The notes under the pieces are model-generated. The model searched no databases. It was not told the DNA's origin and saw only the letters and a list, made by a program, of their open reading frames with translations. A program made the position numbers and the translations under genes. Shown here piece after piece: positions 27,530 through 30,479 of a DNA stretch of 30,479 nt. Source of the stretch: Terriglobia bacterium (GTDB lineage: Bacteria; Acidobacteriota; Terriglobia; JAJPHL01; JAPKYU01); NCBI GenBank assembly GCA_046714815.1, contig JBKKAI010000450.1, forward strand, positions 1-30,479. The letters are read 5' to 3'. Every line of letters starts with the position of its first letter. Positions within the stretch are counted from its first letter, which is position 1.

Positions 27530-28690
27530 TCATGCCGGCTGCTTTTGGTAGGCGGCCCGCAGGATCTCCGCCACTTCCGGCCGGGTGAACTCGATCGGCA
27601 GGTCCTGGCCGTTGCGCAGCATCTCACGCACCTTGGTGCCGCTCAGCACCAGGCGCGCCTCGGAGCCGTGGGCGCAGGTCTTCTCGGAGGCCACCTGCGC
27701 GCACTCGCGGCAGTAGAAGGTGGCGTCGAAGCAGACCGGGGTGATGCCCAATTCGCCCGGCTCGAACTCGGCGAATTTCTTCTGCGCGTCGTAGGGGCCG
27801 TAGAAATTGCCGACGCCGGCATGGTCCCGCCCCACGATGAAATGGGTGCAGCCGTAGTTCTTGCGGGCGATGGCGTGGAAGATGGCCTCGCGCGGCCCGG
27901 CGTAGCGCATCGCCGCCGGATAGCAGCTCAGCACGGTGTGTTGCGGCGGGTACGCCGCGCGCAGCAGCGCCAGGTAGCACTGCAGGCGCACTTCGGCCGG
28001 GACGTCCTCATCCCGGGTGTCACCCACAAGCGGGTGCAACAACAGCCCGTCAACCGTTTCCAGCGCGCACTTCAGAATGTATTCGTGGGCGCGATGCACC
28101 GGGTTGCGCGTCTGGAAGGCGACGACCGTTCGCCAGCCGCGTTCCTCGAACAGCAACCGGGTTTCGCCCGGGTCGAGCGTGTAGTCGCTGAACGCGCCGC
28201 GCTCCTGGCGCCGCAACAATTGGATCGGCCCGGCCAGGCAATGGTCGCCCGTGGCCTGCAGATAACGCACGCCGGGATGCTGGCCGCTGGTGGTGAGCAG
28301 AACGCGCTGGGCTTCCTGCTCCCGGTCATATCGGAACACGTCGTCGAGATCGAGCACGGCCACGACTTCGTCCCGGCCGTCCACCAGCGCGATTTCCTTC
28401 GCTCCGCGGACCCGGCCCGCCTGCTCCTCGCTGACCGCCAGCGTAATCGGGATCGTCCAGGGCAGTCCTCCGGCCAGACGCTGTTCCGCCAGCACGCTGC
28501 GGTAATCCGGCCCGCTCATGAAGCCTTCGAGCGGCGAGAACGCGCCGGTGGCGATCAGCTCCGCGTCGAGGAGCTGGCGCGAGTTGAGCGGCACGCGCGG
28601 AAGCGATCGCGCGCGGTCCAGCCAGTGCTGACGCTGGTCGCCTTCGAAGACCCGGTGAATCAGCCTGCCGCCGTGTGGCGCAATCGTCAT
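27530..28690 (-). CDS. sat: Sulfate adenylyltransferase (ATP sulfurylase)
   Basis: APHGG, GAFSPLEGFM, FQTRNPVHRAHEY, MRYAGPREA, HFIVGRDHAGVG and LSGTKVR motifs. Confidence 0.96.
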   Translation of the reverse strand: MTIAPHGGRLIHRVFEGDQRQHWLDRARSLPRVPLNSRQLLDAELIATGAFSPLEGFMSGPDYRSVLAEQRLAGGLPWTIPITLAVSEEQAGRVRGAKEIALVDGRDEVVAVLDLDDVFRYDREQEAQRVLLTTSGQHPGVRYLQATGDHCLAGPIQLLRRQERGAFSDYTLDPGETRLLFEERGWRTVVAFQTRNPVHRAHEYILKCALETVDGLLLHPLVGDTRDEDVPAEVRLQCYLALLRAAYPPQHTVLSCYPAAMRYAGPREAIFHAIARKNYGCTHFIVGRDHAGVGNFYGPYDAQKKFAEFEPGELGITPVCFDATFYCRECAQVASEKTCAHGSEARLVLSGTKVREMLRNGQDLPIEFTRPEVAEILRAAYQKQPA

Positions 28691-28696
28691 GATCGT

Positions 28697-29152
28697 TCAC
28701 TGGCCAATGATGTCGAAAGTAGTGGTGCCGGGCTGCCGCACCTTCTCATAGATTGCAAGCCAGTCCTTGTGATAGGGGTGTTCGGCGTAGGTCTTGATCG
28801 CGGCCTCGTTTTCCATCTCCATGCAGACACCGTGCTGGCGCACGCGCCGGGTCACTTCACCCGTGACTTTTGCTTCGCCGCCGGCGAGCTTTTTCTGGGC
28901 CTCGCGGTCGGCGCCGAAAATCGCCAGCGGGCGGACCAGCTTGCCGTGCCAGACCTTGCTGACGACGGGAATCTTCGACGGCAGAAGGTCGGTAGCCTTG
29001 GCGAAGGCCTGCCAGTCGGTTTCGGCCGCCGTGTCAATCACGGTGAAGGCGAAGCAGTGCATCAGTTTTTTCTCGCCCGCCGAAAGCGAGGCGGAGAGAA
29101 GGAAGAGGCAGGCAACCAGGGCCAGGGGTCGAAGTTCGATAAGTGTTCGCAT
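28697..29152 (-). CDS. Exported Dabb-like (stress-responsive alpha/beta barrel) protein
   Basis: Signal peptide, then HCFAF...LPSKIP...W.G...HGVCMEM....YAEHPYH, which resembles Dabb proteins; start ATG 29152. Confidence 0.7.
   Translation of the reverse strand: MRTLIELRPLALVACLFLLSASLSAGEKKLMHCFAFTVIDTAAETDWQAFAKATDLLPSKIPVVSKVWHGKLVRPLAIFGADREAQKKLAGGEAKVTGEVTRRVRQHGVCMEMENEAAIKTYAEHPYHKDWLAIYEKVRQPGTTTFDIIGQ
29134..29148. promoter_or_regulatory. Perfect GTTC-N7-GTTC LexA-box match at the 5' end of the Dabb gene
   Basis: GTTC-GATAAGT-GTTC directly after the start codon. A TATCCT -10 (29164-29159, minus) lies 6 nt before the ATG. Confidence 0.5.
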
Positions 29153-29196
29153 CAACTGAGGATAGCGCAGCCGCGGCCACGCCACAAGCGGGCGCG

Positions 29197-29226
29197 ACAG
29201 TAGGGGTCAGTAGCGGTCAGTAGCGG
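29197..29226. repeat. 10-bp tandem repeat x3 across the lexA stop codon
   Basis: ACAGTAGGGG TCAGTAGCGG TCAGTAGCGG. Confidence 0.7.
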
Positions 29227-29891
29227 CGCAGGACGCCGATCAGGCGGCCCTGGATTCTCACTGCGGCGGCGGGCAGCAGAATCGGCGCCATCGCGGCGTT
29301 GGCGGGCTGCAGGCGCACGCGCCCGTCGCCTTCCAGGAAGAAGCGCTTCAGCGTGGCGTCGGAGCCTTCCACCAGCGCGACCACGACGTCGCCGTTGTGG
29401 GCCGAATCGGCGCGTTCCACCAGGATGTAGTCGCCGTCCAGGATGTGGTCTTCGGTCATCGAGTCCCCCTTCACCAGCAGCACGAAGACATCCTTCTGCC
29501 CGGCGAAGTCATTCAAGGAGATGCTCTCGGGATTCTCCACGGCTTCGAGCGGCCGGCCCGCGGCGATGCGGCCCACAAGCGGCAGGGTCCCCAGCGGTGT
29601 TCCCGGCGGCGCGCCTGCTCCCCTGCTTGGCGTTGCGCCGCCGCGGTGGGCGCGCGCCCGGCGGCGTGACTCCTGCTGGTAACGCGCACCAAGATCAATC
29701 GAGCGGCTCTGGTGCGGCCCGCGCACCAGGAATCCCTTCTGCTCGAGCGTCGAGACATGCTTGTGCACGGTGGCCAGAGAAGAAACATCGAGGCCCGCGC
29801 ACAACTCCTCGTAGCTGGGACTGTAGCCGTTGTCGCGGATGAAGCCCGCGATGTAATCGAGCACCTGCCACTGCCTGCGCGTCAAAGCCAT
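29217..29891 (-). CDS. lexA: SOS repressor LexA
   Basis: LTRRQ...GYSPSYEEL wHTH, IAAG Ala-Gly cleavage site, catalytic Ser (VKGDSM) and Lys (TLKRF). Confidence 0.97.
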   Translation of the reverse strand: MALTRRQWQVLDYIAGFIRDNGYSPSYEELCAGLDVSSLATVHKHVSTLEQKGFLVRGPHQSRSIDLGARYQQESRRRARAHRGGATPSRGAGAPPGTPLGTLPLVGRIAAGRPLEAVENPESISLNDFAGQKDVFVLLVKGDSMTEDHILDGDYILVERADSAHNGDVVVALVEGSDATLKRFFLEGDGRVRLQPANAAMAPILLPAAAVRIQGRLIGVLRRY

Positions 29892-29902
29892 TCCTGTCCG
29901 TC

Positions 29903-29931
29903 ACTGTAGGCGAACAAAAAGCGAATGTCAA
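29903..29931 (-). promoter_or_regulatory. lexA sigma70 promoter with LexA box in the spacer
   Basis: TTGACA (29931-29926), 17-bp spacer, TACAGT (29908-29903). GAAC-N7-GAAT at 29912-29926 is a one-mismatch GTTC-N7-GTTC box. Confidence 0.8.
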
Positions 29932-30044
29932 GAGCCATGATCCTCGTGACCCCTCGTGGCGCGCTTTTCTCCAATACCGGCAGCCCCGTTTCGACGCGCA
30001 GCAGTGGTATTGTTATTCAGGTGCAAACGCGACTTTTCTTGATG

Positions 30045-30072
30045 CCATTTTGTGCCCGCCCCATTTTGTGCC
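30045..30072 (+). promoter_or_regulatory. 12-bp direct repeat just upstream of the MocR start, possible autoregulatory site
   Basis: CCATTTTGTGCC at 30045-30056 and 30061-30072. MocR-family regulators are known to bind short direct repeats; assignment here is inference. Confidence 0.4.
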
Positions 30073-30075
30073 GAG

Positions 30076-30479
30076 ATGAGCGCCCCGATCGCCTCTCTTA
30101 GCGTTGCGGTGGACCACCGCTCCCGGACGCCGCTGTACAAACAGCTCTACCAGGCGCTCCGCGATGCGGTGCTGCAGGGGAGGCTCACGCCGGGCGCGCG
30201 CCTGCCCGCCACGCGGACGCTGGCAACGGACCTGCAGGTCTCCCGCAACACGGTGATGATCGCCTTCGAGCAGCTTCTGGCAGAAGGCTACCTGGAAGGC
30301 AAAGTCGGCGCGGGAACGTACGTGGCGGGCCGCCTGCCGGAAGAGATGCTGCACGCCGGCGGCGTGGCCGGATCGGCGCCGAGAGCGCGCGTCCCGGCCA
30401 AGTTATCGCGGCGGGGCAAGGCGATCCTAAGCGCGCAGGCCGCCGCCTGGCTGCAACCCGGAGCGTACGCTCCGGGTTG
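30076..30479 (+). CDS. MocR/GabR family PLP-dependent GntR regulator (partial, runs off the window end)
   Basis: Not in the ORF track. Hand translation: MSAPIASL...PLYKQLYQALRDAVLQGRLTPGARLPATRTLATDLQVSRNTVMIAFEQLLAEGYLEGKVGAGTYVA. Confidence 0.88.
   Translation, partial: MSAPIASLSVAVDHRSRTPLYKQLYQALRDAVLQGRLTPGARLPATRTLATDLQVSRNTVMIAFEQLLAEGYLEGKVGAGTYVAGRLPEEMLHAGGVAGSAPRARVPAKLSRRGKAILSAQAAAWLQPGAYAPG
30451..30479. repeat. REP-like palindrome, inside the MocR CDS
   Basis: CAACCCGGAGC-GTAC-GCTCCGGGTTG (30454-30479) is a perfect 26-bp palindrome ending at the last base of the window. Confidence 0.8.

Noticed and set aside
29197-29226. Functional role (e.g. recoding) for the 10-bp repeat at the lexA stop
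   Set aside because: LexA ends at its normal C-terminus (GVLRRY); the repeat looks like neutral slippage.
30041-30072. Sigma-54 promoter (GGCAC...GC on the minus strand)
   Set aside because: GG-to-GC spacing and the TTGC element do not fit the -24/-12 consensus.

Overview
High-GC bacterial chromosomal segment, probably Acidobacteriota (inferred from the gene set and a GTTC-N7-GTTC-type LexA box). Left part (1-8 kb): sugar/sugar-acid catabolism genes (Tat-exported TIM-barrel isomerase and Gfo/Idh/MocA oxidoreductase, YagF/YjhG-type xylonate dehydratase, exported amidohydrolase, FGE-fold/PL11-like lyase fusion) and a Uma2 nuclease. Middle (8.6-24.7 kb, minus strand): a tightly coupled ABC-transporter-dependent surface-glycan operon (wzm, wzt, WbdD-like methyltransferase/coiled-coil, GT2-GT4 fusion, five GT2, one GT4, two more methyltransferases, wecB). 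Right: TPR-GAF-degenerate GGDEF protein, sat, Dabb protein, lexA and a partial MocR regulator. Three signals are not visible in the ORF track. (1) A low-GC GxxExxY (PD-(D/E)xK) nuclease gene is enclosed by a 27-bp inverted repeat built from CACCAAGA octamers, forming a 441-bp cassette inside the operon. (2) A secreted TlpA-like protein has an in-frame TGA at its CxxC position (UPVC) followed by a SECIS-like hairpin, so it is probably a selenoprotein. (3) A family of GCAAC-footed REP-like hairpins lies in-frame inside several protein-coding genes. All calls were made by eye from sequence motifs; no database searches were run.
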